From the NCBI GenBank assembly GCA_963778505.1, contig CAVZUH010000004.1, positions 717,607-781,606 on the forward strand: DNA of 64,000 bases, in the 5' to 3' direction. Source of the DNA: an uncultured Actinomycetota bacterium. GTDB taxonomy: Bacteria > Actinomycetota > UBA4738 > HRBIN12. The translations under genes and the position numbers were made by a program. Under the pieces are notes generated by a model. That model searched no databases. It saw only the letters and a program-made list of their open reading frames with translations, and was not told the DNA's origin. Of this stretch, positions 31,868-42,540 are shown piece after piece; within the stretch, counting starts at the first letter, position 1, and every line of letters starts with the position of its first letter.

Positions 31868-31912
31868 GCGCGGGACGCTAGGTGCGGAGTGACGTCCCCG
31901 CAGTGAAGGACG

Positions 31913-33946
31913 TCACACCTGCCGGAATTCCTCGACGCGGAGTCCACTAATTACGCTGCTCACGAACTCGCGATCACCGTAGATGCTGGCGAACACGCTC
32001 CCGTCACCGAGGCAGGTCGACCCATACCCCCCGGACCACGCGCCGTTCGTGGCGGACGTGCAACCATCCGGCGAGAGAAAGATCATGGCATCGAGCTGCG
32101 ATACGATGTCGGGCTCGGCGGTGGCGTCACCGAAAGCCAGCTGAGGTCCCTCGGCCTCTCCGAAGCCCTTCGCGAGAGCGATCGGCCCCACGGCCTCCAC
32201 GAACGGGAACCCCGTCCGCGTTTCCCGCACGTGGAGGTAGTCGGCGACGGCAACCGCGTCCTCGACGGTCGTCGCCGCCACGAGGACCCTCCACGAGTGG
32301 AGCCGGAGGAGTACCCATACACCTTGGAGCTGGTTCCTGTGCGACTCCCACTCGTCCGACATCGCCCAGATCTCACGGCCGTCGATCGTTGCGATGGGCT
32401 TCGCGCCATCGACGTACGTCCGAATCGATGCGTTCGGGTCGTGCAGGAACACGATCGGATATCGAGGGGGCGGGTCATCGCGCCGGATGTACGAGAGGTC
32501 CGGCTGGACGCCGAGCGCAGCGAGATCGAGCGAACGCGAGTAGACGAGCGTGGCTCGGCTCCCGTCCGGGAAAACAACGGGCATCCGCGTCTCGTGGCCG
32601 ATCATCTGCGTCCCCGGAACGAAGGGTTCGGGGCTCTCAACCGCTTCGACATCCGACGCGGGCGGGACGTATGCCAACATCCCCGTGTCGAAGGTCACGC
32701 CCGGCTCCTCGCTCAACTCGGTTGACTCCGTCAGAAGCAGGAACGCGCCGCCCGCGGGGATCGGAGTCCCGGTCACCGGATCGGGTCCGGGCAGACCTTT
32801 CGTGAGATCCGTCCATCGTTCAGTGGCCGTCGAGAACGCTGCCACCTGTCCGAAGAAGTTCACGAACATCCACCTATCAGCGAACGCTGCCCGCGGAACG
32901 TCCTCACCCTCGTCCAGCGGCATCGGGTCCAAGCGTCGTCCCTTACCCGTTGCAGGATCAAGCATCTCGGTATCGCTGTCGTAGTCCACTGCGATCAGTC
33001 GGTCATCCGCCCAGACCGCAGTGTTCGCGTTCGGGTTCGTGTCGATCGACGGCGGGAGCCGCCGCCAGGAGTCAGTGGACGGGTCGTACGCCGCCCCGAT
33101 CGCCGTCTCAGTCTCGGGGATGTTTCCGCCGTGGAGCGCCGCTCCGAACACGATCATCTCGGTGCCCGTCCAGACCGCGACGCCGTCGGTGACCTCCGCC
33201 ACTCCGTCTGCGATCCGCCGCCAGGTGTCGGTGGCCGGGTCGTAGGCCGCTCCGTCCTCGTACCGGAGGGCTCGGTCTTGATTGCCCCAGACCACGAACT
33301 CCTCACCAGTCCACACCGCGAACGGAGTCCGACCCTCGATCGGCGCGGGTGGGAGCGCCCGCCAGGTTCGGGTTACCGGGTCGTATGCGGCCCCGTCATC
33401 GAGGAACATCTCGGACCGTACGCAGCACTCCTCCGTTCGACCGCCCCAGATCAGCAGCTCCTCGCCCGTCCAGGCGAAGCCCGGCTGCGTCCGCGGCGAA
33501 AGGGGACCGTCCGGGATCGCGCTCCAGGTCTGGGTGCTGCCGTCGAACGAGAACCCGATATCCACGAACGGGCCGTTCCATCCCCCTCCCCACATGACCA
33601 GCTCGGACCCGGTCCAGGCGTGCGCCGAGCCCGGGAAAACTTCCGGGGGACCCGGCAGCTGGGACCATCCCGGCCCCACCTCGGCGGCGAGATCCACCGA
33701 CATGTCGGCGGCCGGTGGGGGTAGCGGCACGACGTCTGGATGGGAGAGATCCCACGCGAACACCGCGGCGGTCGCGAACACCGCGAGGGCGACGGCCCCG
33801 GCGGCCAAGCGGCGGCCGGGGACGGGTGCCCAGTCGGCGGTGCGCGACGGCGCCTCGGGCGCCGCCGCCCGGCGGCGCGCCTCACCCCACAGTTCCCGCA
33901 CACCGATCTCGTCTGCCAGCGAGAAGCGCTCCTTCAGCTCAGTCAT
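31913..33946 (-). CDS. single-pass membrane protein with Kelch-like beta-propeller and a large uncharacterised C-terminal domain; putative anti-sigma/sensor partner
   Basis: Intact, with ATG 33946 (MTELKERF...) overlapping the sigma stop by 8 nt. TM AAGAVALAVFATAAVFAW. Repeated WTG(E/T)E...WGG and AAYDPxTxxWRxLP motifs. About 280 aa of C-terminus have no recognisable motif. Confidence 0.8.
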   Translation of the reverse strand: MTELKERFSLADEIGVRELWGEARRRAAAPEAPSRTADWAPVPGRRLAAGAVALAVFATAAVFAWDLSHPDVVPLPPPAADMSVDLAAEVGPGWSQLPGPPEVFPGSAHAWTGSELVMWGGGWNGPFVDIGFSFDGSTQTWSAIPDGPLSPRTQPGFAWTGEELLIWGGRTEECCVRSEMFLDDGAAYDPVTRTWRALPPAPIEGRTPFAVWTGEEFVVWGNQDRALRYEDGAAYDPATDTWRRIADGVAEVTDGVAVWTGTEMIVFGAALHGGNIPETETAIGAAYDPSTDSWRRLPPSIDTNPNANTAVWADDRLIAVDYDSDTEMLDPATGKGRRLDPMPLDEGEDVPRAAFADRWMFVNFFGQVAAFSTATERWTDLTKGLPGPDPVTGTPIPAGGAFLLLTESTELSEEPGVTFDTGMLAYVPPASDVEAVESPEPFVPGTQMIGHETRMPVVFPDGSRATLVYSRSLDLAALGVQPDLSYIRRDDPPPRYPIVFLHDPNASIRTYVDGAKPIATIDGREIWAMSDEWESHRNQLQGVWVLLRLHSWRVLVAATTVEDAVAVADYLHVRETRTGFPFVEAVGPIALAKGFGEAEGPQLAFGDATAEPDIVSQLDAMIFLSPDGCTSATNGAWSGGYGSTCLGDGSVFASIYGDREFVSSVISGLRVEEFRQV

Positions 33947-34454
33947 CTTCTTCCTCCAACAAGGCCCGCAGGCGCTTCCGCGCCCGATGGACGTGCACGC
34001 CGACGGCAGACACCGACGAGCCGAGTGCCTTCGCGATCTCCCGATGCGACCACCCGGCGTAGTCGGCAAGCACCACGGAGGCTCGCTGCTTCAGCGGGAG
34101 CCGCGCGAGCGCCCGCCACAGATCGACGAACGGCTCCGGCATCCCGCCGACCGGCTCCACCTCGAACGTCGTCATCCGCCCTCGCTCCCTCAGCTCCCCT
34201 GCCGCCACGCGGAAGGCCACCCGCCACACCCAGGCCGCCGGGTCGCGCAACGCGCGCCCCCGCCGCAGCGCCTGTGCGAACGCCTCCGCGACGGCGTCGT
34301 CCGCCACCTCACGGCTCCCCGAGGTCAGGAACACGGCCCGCCACAGGCGGGCGCCCTGCTGCCGGTACACGACCTCGAGCCTCCGCTGGGCGTCGCCAGG
34401 CCTGGGCCCCGAGAGATCCGGTTCGACGTTCGCCTCCATGGCCTCATCCCGCAC
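33939..34454 (-). CDS. ECF-type RNA polymerase sigma factor
   Basis: Intact 171-aa ORF with region 2 (ADDAVAEAFAQAL) and region 4 (LPLKQRASVVLADYAGWSHREIAKALGSSVSAVGVHVHRARKRL). Confidence 0.85.
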   Translation of the reverse strand: MRDEAMEANVEPDLSGPRPGDAQRRLEVVYRQQGARLWRAVFLTSGSREVADDAVAEAFAQALRRGRALRDPAAWVWRVAFRVAAGELRERGRMTTFEVEPVGGMPEPFVDLWRALARLPLKQRASVVLADYAGWSHREIAKALGSSVSAVGVHVHRARKRLRALLEEEDD

Positions 34455-34513
34455 GTCGAACGAACAGGAGGGAGAGGGCCCTGGTTCCTTAACCGAGCTG
34501 AGATGGATCCGCG

Positions 34514-36959
34514 CTAGCCGGTCACGAAGTTGACCAGCTTCGGCGCGCGGACGATCTCCTTCACGATCTCGCGGTCGGCGATCGCGCGCCGGGCCTTCTC
34601 GGATGCTCTGGCCAGCTCCAGGACACGTCTCTCGTCTGCGTCGACCGGCACCTCGATCTTGTCGCGCACCTTCCCGTCGACCTGCACGATCAGCGTGACC
34701 GTGTCCTCCGAGGCCAGCGCTTCGTCGTACGCGGGCCAGCTCGAGACGTGGACCGACTCGCCGTGGCCCAGCACCTCACGCCACAACTCCTCGGCCGCGA
34801 AGGGGGCGAAGGGCGCGAGCATCTGAGCCAGCGCCTCCGCAGCCCCGCGCGCCGCGGCTCCCGCATCCAGTACCGGCCGCATCTCGTTGGTCAGCACCAT
34901 CAGCTTCGAGATCGCGACGTTGAACCGGAACCGTTCCATGTCGTCGGTCACGCCCTTGATGGTTCGATGCGTCAGGCGGACGAGCTCCCCCGGCTCTTCC
35001 CCACCACGCCCCGCCGCGTCTCCGACCGCCGCGAACACACGACCGAGCCAGTGGTGCACGCCGGGCCGCCGGTTCGGATCGCCCGCGATCAGTTTCCAGT
35101 CGATGTCGTCTTCGAACGGGCTCGCGAACAGCATCGTGAGCCGCATCGAGTCGGCCCCCCATCGCTCGACCAGCGGCATCGGCTCGACGACGTTGCCCTT
35201 CGACTTGGACATCGACGCGCCGCCGTAGATCACCTGACCCTGGTTCATCAGCCGCGGGAACGGCTCGATGTACGGCACGAGACCGGCGTCGTGCAGAGCC
35301 TTCGTGAAGAACCTCGCGTAGAGCAGGTGCAGGATCGCGTGCTCGATGCCCCCGTGTACTGACTGACGGGCCATCGTTCGACGTCCTCACGCCGGAACGG
35401 TCCCCCTTCGTAGCCCGGTGAGCAGTACCGGAAGAAGTACCAGCTGGAGTCGACGAACGTGTCCATCGTGTCGGTGTCGCGTCGCGCGTCACGACCGCAC
35501 GTCGGACAGGTGGTCTTGACGAACCGGTCGTGACGCGCGAGCGGCGACTCGCCGCCCGGCCGGAAGTCGACGTCCTCGGGGAGCAGCACCGGAAGGTCCT
35601 CGAGAGGCACGGGGACCTCGCCGTGCTCGTCGCAATGGATGATCGGGATGGGCGCCCCCCAGTAGCGCTGGCGGGAGATCAGCCAGTCGCGCAACCGGAA
35701 CGTGACGGCGGGACGGCCGAGCCCCTGCTCCTCGAGCCATTCCGCGACCTTCGCGATCGACGCGGGCGAGCGCTGGCCGTCGAAGGGTCCGGAGTTCACC
35801 ATCACGCCTTCGTGGTCGTAGCGCCTCCGTCATCGACGCGGGATCGCGCTCCTCGGCCGGCGGCTGGATCACCACCCGGATCTCGAGGCCGTGCTCATGA
35901 GCGAACTCGAAGTCTCGCTGGTCGTGCGCCGGCACGCCCATCACGGCGCCGGTGCCGTACTCCATCAGCACGTACGGCGCCACGAACACCGGCACCCGCT
36001 CACCGTTCACGGGGTTCACGACGTGGACGCCGAGGCGGCACTCCCTCGCGGCTCTCGGCCTGCTCGCGGTTCGTGAGCGGCGTGGCCTGCAGACGATCGA
36101 CCAGCTCGCGGGCGGCGTCCGAGGTCCCTCCCGCCTCCGCCAGCTTCGCGACCAGCGGGTGCTCCGGAGCGAACACGAAGAACGTGACGCCCCAGAGCGT
36201 GTCCGGGACGCGTCGTGAAGACCTCGACCTCGTCGCCCGTCTGCTCGACCGTGAATCGGACCGTCGCGCCCTCCGATCGACCGATCCAGTTCCTCTGCAT
36301 CGTGATCACGCGCTCAGGCCACTCCTCGAGGGTGTCCATGTCGTCGATCAAGCGCTGCGCGTAGTCGGTGATCTTGAAGAACCACTGGGTGAGGTCCTTC
36401 CGGACGACCGCCGTGCCGCATCGCTCGCAGAAGCCGTTGATCACCTGCTCGTTGGCAAGCACGGTCTGATCGTTCGGGCACCAGTTGGTCGGGGCGTTCT
36501 TCCGGTACGCCAGCCCCATCTCGAAGAGCTTCAGGAACAGCCACTGGGTCCAGCGGTAGTACTCGGGGTCGCTCGTCTGCAGTCGGCGGGTCCAGTCGAA
36601 CGGACATCCCCATCCGTTTGAACGACGCGCGCCTGCTGCTCGATGTTCTCGTAGGTCCATCGCTTGGGGTGGATGCCCCGCTTGATCGCCGCGTTCTCGG
36701 CCGGTAGGCCGAACGAGTCCCAGCCGATCGGATGCAGGACGTTGTTGCCCTGGAGCCGCGCGGAAGCGAGCGACGACGTCACCGCCGCTGAACGCCTCCC
36801 GTGACCGAGGTGGAGATCCCCGGAGGGGTACGGGAACATGTCGAGCGCGTAGAACCGGGGACGCGCATCGTCGGGGTCGTCGGAGGCCTTGTGAAGGCCT
36901 TCTTCTTCCCAGACGCGCTGCCACTTCGGTTCGATCTCGCCGGGTTCGTAGCGGTGCAT
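34514..36959 (-). CDS. leuS: leucine--tRNA ligase (at least 8 frame breaks)
   Basis: [23 protein letters not shown]...[19 protein letters not shown] (HIGH) ... [15 protein letters not shown] ... [15 protein letters not shown] ... [10 protein letters not shown] (KMSKS) ... C-terminal 286 aa intact. Pieces appear in ORFs 36531..36959, 36016..36924, 35489..36019, 35248..35805 and 34514..35374. Confidence 0.92.
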
Positions 36960-37093
36960 CGGGTCATCGTAGCGGGCAACCTTCGTACACTGGCGTCACG
37001 AACGTAGGGATCGACACCGGGCAGCGACGCAGGCCCACGAGGGCGCTCGACCGCCGGGTCCTCAGGCTGTGGTGGACGACCTGGGGTGTCATC

Positions 37094-37478
37094 GTGGTGA
37101 TCGGAGCGGCCGCCGCCTCGCCGCTTCTGGGCCGCTCGACCCCCGCCACGACCGGGTACGTCATCGGGGTCGTCACGGCGGTCGTCCTGGCGACCGTGCT
37201 CCCGTATCTCCGGTACCGCCGGTGGCGGTACGAGATCCGCGAACGCGATCTCTTCTTGTCGCACGGCTCGCTCTTCTTCGTCCTCACGCTGATCCCGTTC
37301 GATCGCATCCAGTACGTCGAAACGCACCAAGGACCGCTCGATCTCGCGTTCGGGTTGATGCAGCTCGTGGTCTACACGGCGGCCGGGAGGGCCGCCCGGA
37401 TCCCCGGGCTCGCGCCGGAAGAGGCCGAGGTCGCTCCGCGAGGAGCTGTCGAAGGTCGCCGGGACCCAGAGTGTCTGA
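37094..37478 (+). CDS. YdbS-like bacterial PH (bPH_2) domain membrane protein (start uncertain, one frame break near 37435)
   Basis: ...LRYRRWRYEIRERDLFLSHGSLFFVLTLIPFDRIQYVETHQGPLDLAFGLMQLVVYTAAG...; the shifted tail LREELSKVAGTQSV ends at 37478. Confidence 0.6.
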
Positions 37479-38936
37479 CCGACCGCCGCCTCGGCCGGAT
37501 CTGATCGGAAGTCGAAGGACCGGGCGCGGCCCCGTTCGCGACGTGGAGGCGGCTCCATCCCGCCGCGATCGCCGTCTGGATCGCAGGCTCGATCGGCGGT
37601 TTCGCATTGCCGCTGGTGGCGATCCTCCTGTTCGGGGGTGAGCGGGCCGCTCTGCTTCACGTCGATCGTCGGTGCGCTCGTGTTGCTCGGCTCCGCGATC
37701 CGTTGGACGCGCTTCTGGTACCGGCTCGACGGATCGCACGCTCCATCTCCGAGGAGGTCTCCTCCAGCGCTGGGAGCGGACCCTCCAACCCGCTCGCATC
37801 CAGAGCGTGGACGTGGTGCAGAAGCTCACTCATCGCGTCTTCGGGGTGGTGGAGCTGCGGATCGAGGTCGTCGGCGGCAGGGGAACCGAGGCAGCGCTGG
37901 TCGCGCTCACGCCGGAGGAGGCGACACAGCTCCGCGCCATCCTCATGGCGGATCACGCGGAGGATGCCGTCGATCTCTCGGAGCCGCCGCTCGTCCGGAT
38001 GCGTCCGGCCGATCTGCTGCTCGCCGGCGCGACCGGTGGCCGTGTCGCCGTGGTCGCGGTGATGGCGGGCTGGGCGTTCCAGCTCCTGCCGGAGGACACG
38101 TTCGTCGGAGTCGGTGGATCGGCTCGCGGGAGCCGATCGATCGGATCTCGAGACCTTCCTGCGTGATCGCCGGGGCCTGCTGCTGGCTTCGGTCCTGATC
38201 TCGCTCGTGACGCACGATCCTCGTCTATTGGGACTTCACGGCCTTGCGCCGAGGACGACCGGCTGGTCATCACGCGAGGGCTGCTCCAGACGCGCCGATC
38301 CGTGGTTCCCGTCCCGCGGATCCAGGCGATCCGGATCGAGGAGAACCTCGATCCGGCGCGTGTTCGGCCTCGCGACCCTTCGGGTGCTTGACCGCCGGAT
38401 ACGGGAGCGGATTCCGGCGACGAACAACAGTCGAGCATGCTCGTCCCGGTCGCCGACCGGCGAGCGGTGCCTCGAGATCGCCGAAGGCCGTCCTCGGCTC
38501 GAGCAGCATCCGGGACGCGCAGCCTCCGTCCCGCGCCACCGCGGGCACTCGTCCGGCGCCTGTGTCTCGCCTCGATCGTCGGGCTCGCCGCCCTCACACT
38601 CGGACTCGCTCTTCCGGGGCGGAGCGCATCCCGGCCGCCCTCCTCGTCCTCCCGCTGACGATCGGGTTCGCGTATCCTGTCCTGGCGAGCGCTCGGCCAT
38701 GCCGTCCTCGGGCAGCACGTCGTCGCGCGCTCGGGTGCGCTCGTGCGACGAACGACGGTCGCCGACCCGGCGAACATCCAGCATCTGATCCTCCAGCCGG
38801 TCTCCGACCCAGCGGCCCTTCGGCATCGCGAGCCTGACGCTCGCGATCCCGAAGGCGAGCGACGGCGGTGATCGACGTCGACGCTGAAGTCGCCGAGGAG
38901 CGATTCGACGAGCTGGCGGCTCAGCTCGTCGACTAG
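37471..38936 (+). CDS. YdbT-like membrane protein with repeated bPH_2 domains (many frame breaks)
   Basis: Fragments across three frames: RLHPAAIAVWIAGSIGGFALPLVAILLFGG, LHLRGGLLQRWERTLQPARIQSVDVVQKLTHRVFGVVELRIEVVGG, LVITRGLLQTRRSVVP..RIQAIRIEEN, and the end ...AEERFDELAAQLVD. Confidence 0.55.
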
Positions 38937-41083
38937 GTCCCGCCGCCTAGGTCCGGGATCGACGCATCCTCGAACAGGGTGACTCCGGCCGCGAGCAGTG
39001 CGGGGATCTCCTCGGCCGGCAGCGGGCCGTGCGAAGTAGGAACCCCTGGCCGCGCGTGCATCCCGCGTCTTGAAGGAAGGCGAGCTCCCCGTCCGTCTCG
39101 ATCCCCTCCGCGAGCGGCATCATGCCCAGCCCGTGCGCCAGCTGGATCATGGCCTCGACCATGCGTCCGGAGTCCTCGTCGCGATCGACGTCGTGGATGA
39201 AGGACCGATCGATCTTCAGGATGTCGACGGGGAGATGCTTCAGCCGGGCGAGCGACGAGTAGCCGGTCCCGAAGTCGTCGATCGCGAGCGTGAGACCCCA
39301 GGCGTGGAGCTCCGCGAGGACCCGCTGCGTGCGGTCGGGGTCGGCCATCGCCGTCGGACTCGGTGATCTCGACGACCACGTCGTGGGGATCGACGTCCGC
39401 CGCCGTCAGCTTCTCCATGAGCTTCTCCGCCAGGCGTCCCGACCAGAGCTGACGAGGCGACAGGTTGAAGCCCAGACCAGGACGTCGATCCCCTGCGCCT
39501 CCCAGACCTTGCGCTGGCGCGCGAGCTCGTCGATCACCCAGTCACCGATCGCCTCGATCAAGCCGAGCTCCTCCGCGATCGGGATGAACTCGCCGGGCGG
39601 GACGATCCCGCCGTTGGGCTCGCGCCATCGGATCAGCGCCTCGAGTCCGGTGACCGTTCCGCCGTCGCGAGCTCCACGATCGGCTGCCAATGGAGCACCC
39701 AGTGCTTCTGCTCCACCGCTCGGCGGAGGCGGGTCGTGAGGGAGAGTCGCTCGATCGCCTCGTCCGGCCCGCTCGCGTACACGATGTAGCCACCGGGCTC
39801 GGTCTTCTTCGACTGGTACATCGCGGTGTCGGCGTTCTTCAGCAGGGTCCCGGCGTCCGTGGCGTCCTGAGGGAACAGGCTCACGCCGATCGAGGCGGAC
39901 GTGAAGAACTCCACGCCACCGAGGTCGAACGGCTCCTGGAGCGCCTCGTGGACCCGCGTCGCGACCGATTCGGCCACGAGCAGTCCCGGCTTCGGTGCCC
40001 GCGACCGGCCCCATCCCGCGCTCGAGGTCTGCGAGCAGCAGGAGGAACTCGTCCCCGCCCTGCCGAGCCACCATATCCGTCTCGCGGGTGCATCCCCGGA
40101 GACGCTCTGCGAGCTGCTGCAGGAGCTCGTCGCCGGCATGGTGTCCGAGCGAGTCGTTCACCAGCTTGAAGTTGTCGAGGTCGAGGTAGAGCACGCCGAC
40201 ACCGAGGTCGTGCCGGCGCGCCCGGGCGATCGCGGTCTCGAGCATCTCCTCGAAGAGCGCTCGGTTCGGCAGGCCGGTCAGCTTGTCGTGGTACGCGAGG
40301 AAGGCCACCTGCTCCTCGGCCCGCTTGCGCTCGGTGATGTCGAAGATCACGCCCTGGATCAACCAGGGATCGCCGCTGCTCGTCGTCGATCGGGTACGCC
40401 TGCTCGAGCACCCAGCGGACGCGTGCCGTCCTCGTGGACCATCCGGTACTCGTGATTGAGCGGCTCGTGCGCGTTGTACGCATAGCGGTACTGGTCCCAT
40501 GCGCGGTCGATGTCCTCCGGGTGCACATGATGGCGCCACGCGTACGGGTCGGTCAGCCACTCGTCCTGGCTGATGCCGAGGAGCTCCACGACCTGGGGGC
40601 TGACGTAGATCGACTCCGAGTCCTCGTCGACCGGATCCAGGTAGACGACCGCCGGGATGTGCTCCACCAGCGCCCGGTACTTGGCCTCGGCCTCGAAGCG
40701 CGCAGCCCGTCCCGCCTCCAGCTCCGTGCGGTCCCGAAGGGTGACGACCAGCAGCGGCGACGCGGCCTCGATGCGGCCGATGTGCACCTCGACGGGGAGT
40801 TCGTCACCGTCCCGGCGCGTGCACGTGGTCTCGAACGACGAGCCCACCGAGTGCGAGGAGAGGTCCGTGGCGAGCAGCGCCTCCACCTGCCGACCGAGGA
40901 GCTCGCCTCGCTCGAAGCCGGTGAGCAGCTCGCAAGCCGAGTTCGCGTAGATGATCTCGCCGCCGCGTTTCGGCCACGACGAGCGACTCCGGGGTCGCCT
41001 CCAGGAAGGAGCCCGGAGTGAGCACGTCGGAGAGCCGGCCCAGTGCAGCTTCGAAGAGGGTCGCGGACCGGGACCGAGGTCAT
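38933..41083 (-). CDS. PAS-PAS-GGDEF-EAL c-di-GMP turnover protein (at least 6 frame breaks)
   Basis: Two PAS-like segments (IIYANSACELLTGFERGELLGRQVE; IYVSPQVVELLGISQDEW...HPEDIDR), GGDEF (ARQGGDEFLLLL), EAL (LEALIRW...DDFGTGYSSL...KIDRSF). Confidence 0.8.
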
Positions 41084-41133
41084 GCTGATGTCATCGGCGA
41101 GAGCGAAGGCCGACCTGAGAAGCGCTGGGAACG

Positions 41134-42540
41134 CTATTCCAACGGGATCCCCGTTCGGGGCATCACGCCCCACTCCCGTCGCTTGGCCCCGGTCTGGAAG
41201 GTCGCGAGGAAACGCTCGACCGTCACCAGCTGATGGAAGCCCAGGAACTCCACGAGCGAGGCCGCGAACAGGACCAGACGATCGGAAGGCGAGGAGTACC
41301 GCTGCAGGAGCATCGCCTCGACGCCGGCCGCCACCTGCGACAGGACCATCCCGTGCAGCACCGCGAGCGTAAGGAACAGCCAGAAGACGTGCATGTCGAG
41401 GATGCCGAGCGCGGCAGACACGAGCAGCGACGTGAACCCGAGCACCTCGATGATGGGGCCGAGACCTTCGAACAACCAGAAGAAGGGCACGGCGAACATG
41501 CCGAGCCTGCCGTAGCGGGGATTGAAGAGCATATCCTTGTGCCGCCACAGGTTGGTCCACAGACCGCGGTGCCAACGGCTCCGCTGTCCAAGGAGCGTCT
41601 TGAGGTCGGACGGCACCTCCGTCCAACAGATCGGATCCGGACTGAAGACGATCCGGTACGGCACTCTCCCCCGGCCGAACTCCTTGTGGAGCTTCATCAC
41701 CAGCTCCATGTCCTCGCCGAGGGTCTCGGTCCAGAACCCTCCGACCTTCAGCAGCGCGTCGCGACGGAAGATGCCGAACGCGCCGGAGATGATCAACAGC
41801 GCTCCCATCCGGCTCCAGCCCGCCCTTCCCAGGAAGAACGCGCGCGCGTACTCCACGACCTGCAGCCGCTCGACCCAACGCCGCGGCATCCGGAGCGCGA
41901 GGGGCCGCCCACCCGTGATCGTGGCTCCGTTCAGCGGCCGGACGGTCCCGCCCACCGCGATCACGGTGTCGTCCTTCACGAAGTTGCGCGTCGCTCGCAG
42001 GATCGCCTGCGCGTCCAGCAAGCAGTCGGAGTCGACAGGAGCGACGAGTGGATACCTCGCCAGGTTGATGCCGGCGTTCACGGCGTCGGCCTTTCCCCCG
42101 TTCGCTTTCTCGGCGACGACGAGACCGGGATCGCGGAGCGATCGCATCACCCGCCTCACGGGCTGCGTCGGAAGCGTCCGCGCCCACACGCGAGGTTCCT
42201 CCACCAGCGCGAACGCCTCGATCAGTCGATCCATGGTGCCGTCCGTCGACCCATCGCAGATCACGATGACCTCGAACTTCGGGTAATGGAGCGTGACGAA
42301 GGACCGCACCGCGGCGACGATGCTTCCCTCCTCGTTGTAGGCGGGGACGATGATGGAGACAGGCTTGAAGATGTCGCGTTCCATGAGATCTCGCAGCTCC
42401 GTGTCCGAGGTCTGCCGAGACTCGAGGATGACCGCTCGGAGCCCGACGAGCGCGAACACCCCGTAGAGCAGGCTGAGGACCGCGAAGTACACGATCGTGA
42501 CCACTCCGAACGCCGTCAGGACGGTTTCGAGGACGCTCAT
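41134..42540 (-). CDS. processive family-2 glycosyltransferase (PgaC/IcaA/NodC-like polysaccharide synthase)
   Basis: Intact 468-aa ORF with N- and C-terminal TM bundles, VPAYNEE, DGSTDGT, VDSDCLL, GEDMEL and GQRSRWHRG (QxxRW). Confidence 0.9.
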   Translation of the reverse strand: MSVLETVLTAFGVVTIVYFAVLSLLYGVFALVGLRAVILESRQTSDTELRDLMERDIFKPVSIIVPAYNEEGSIVAAVRSFVTLHYPKFEVIVICDGSTDGTMDRLIEAFALVEEPRVWARTLPTQPVRRVMRSLRDPGLVVAEKANGGKADAVNAGINLARYPLVAPVDSDCLLDAQAILRATRNFVKDDTVIAVGGTVRPLNGATITGGRPLALRMPRRWVERLQVVEYARAFFLGRAGWSRMGALLIISGAFGIFRRDALLKVGGFWTETLGEDMELVMKLHKEFGRGRVPYRIVFSPDPICWTEVPSDLKTLLGQRSRWHRGLWTNLWRHKDMLFNPRYGRLGMFAVPFFWLFEGLGPIIEVLGFTSLLVSAALGILDMHVFWLFLTLAVLHGMVLSQVAAGVEAMLLQRYSSPSDRLVLFAASLVEFLGFHQLVTVERFLATFQTGAKRREWGVMPRTGIPLE

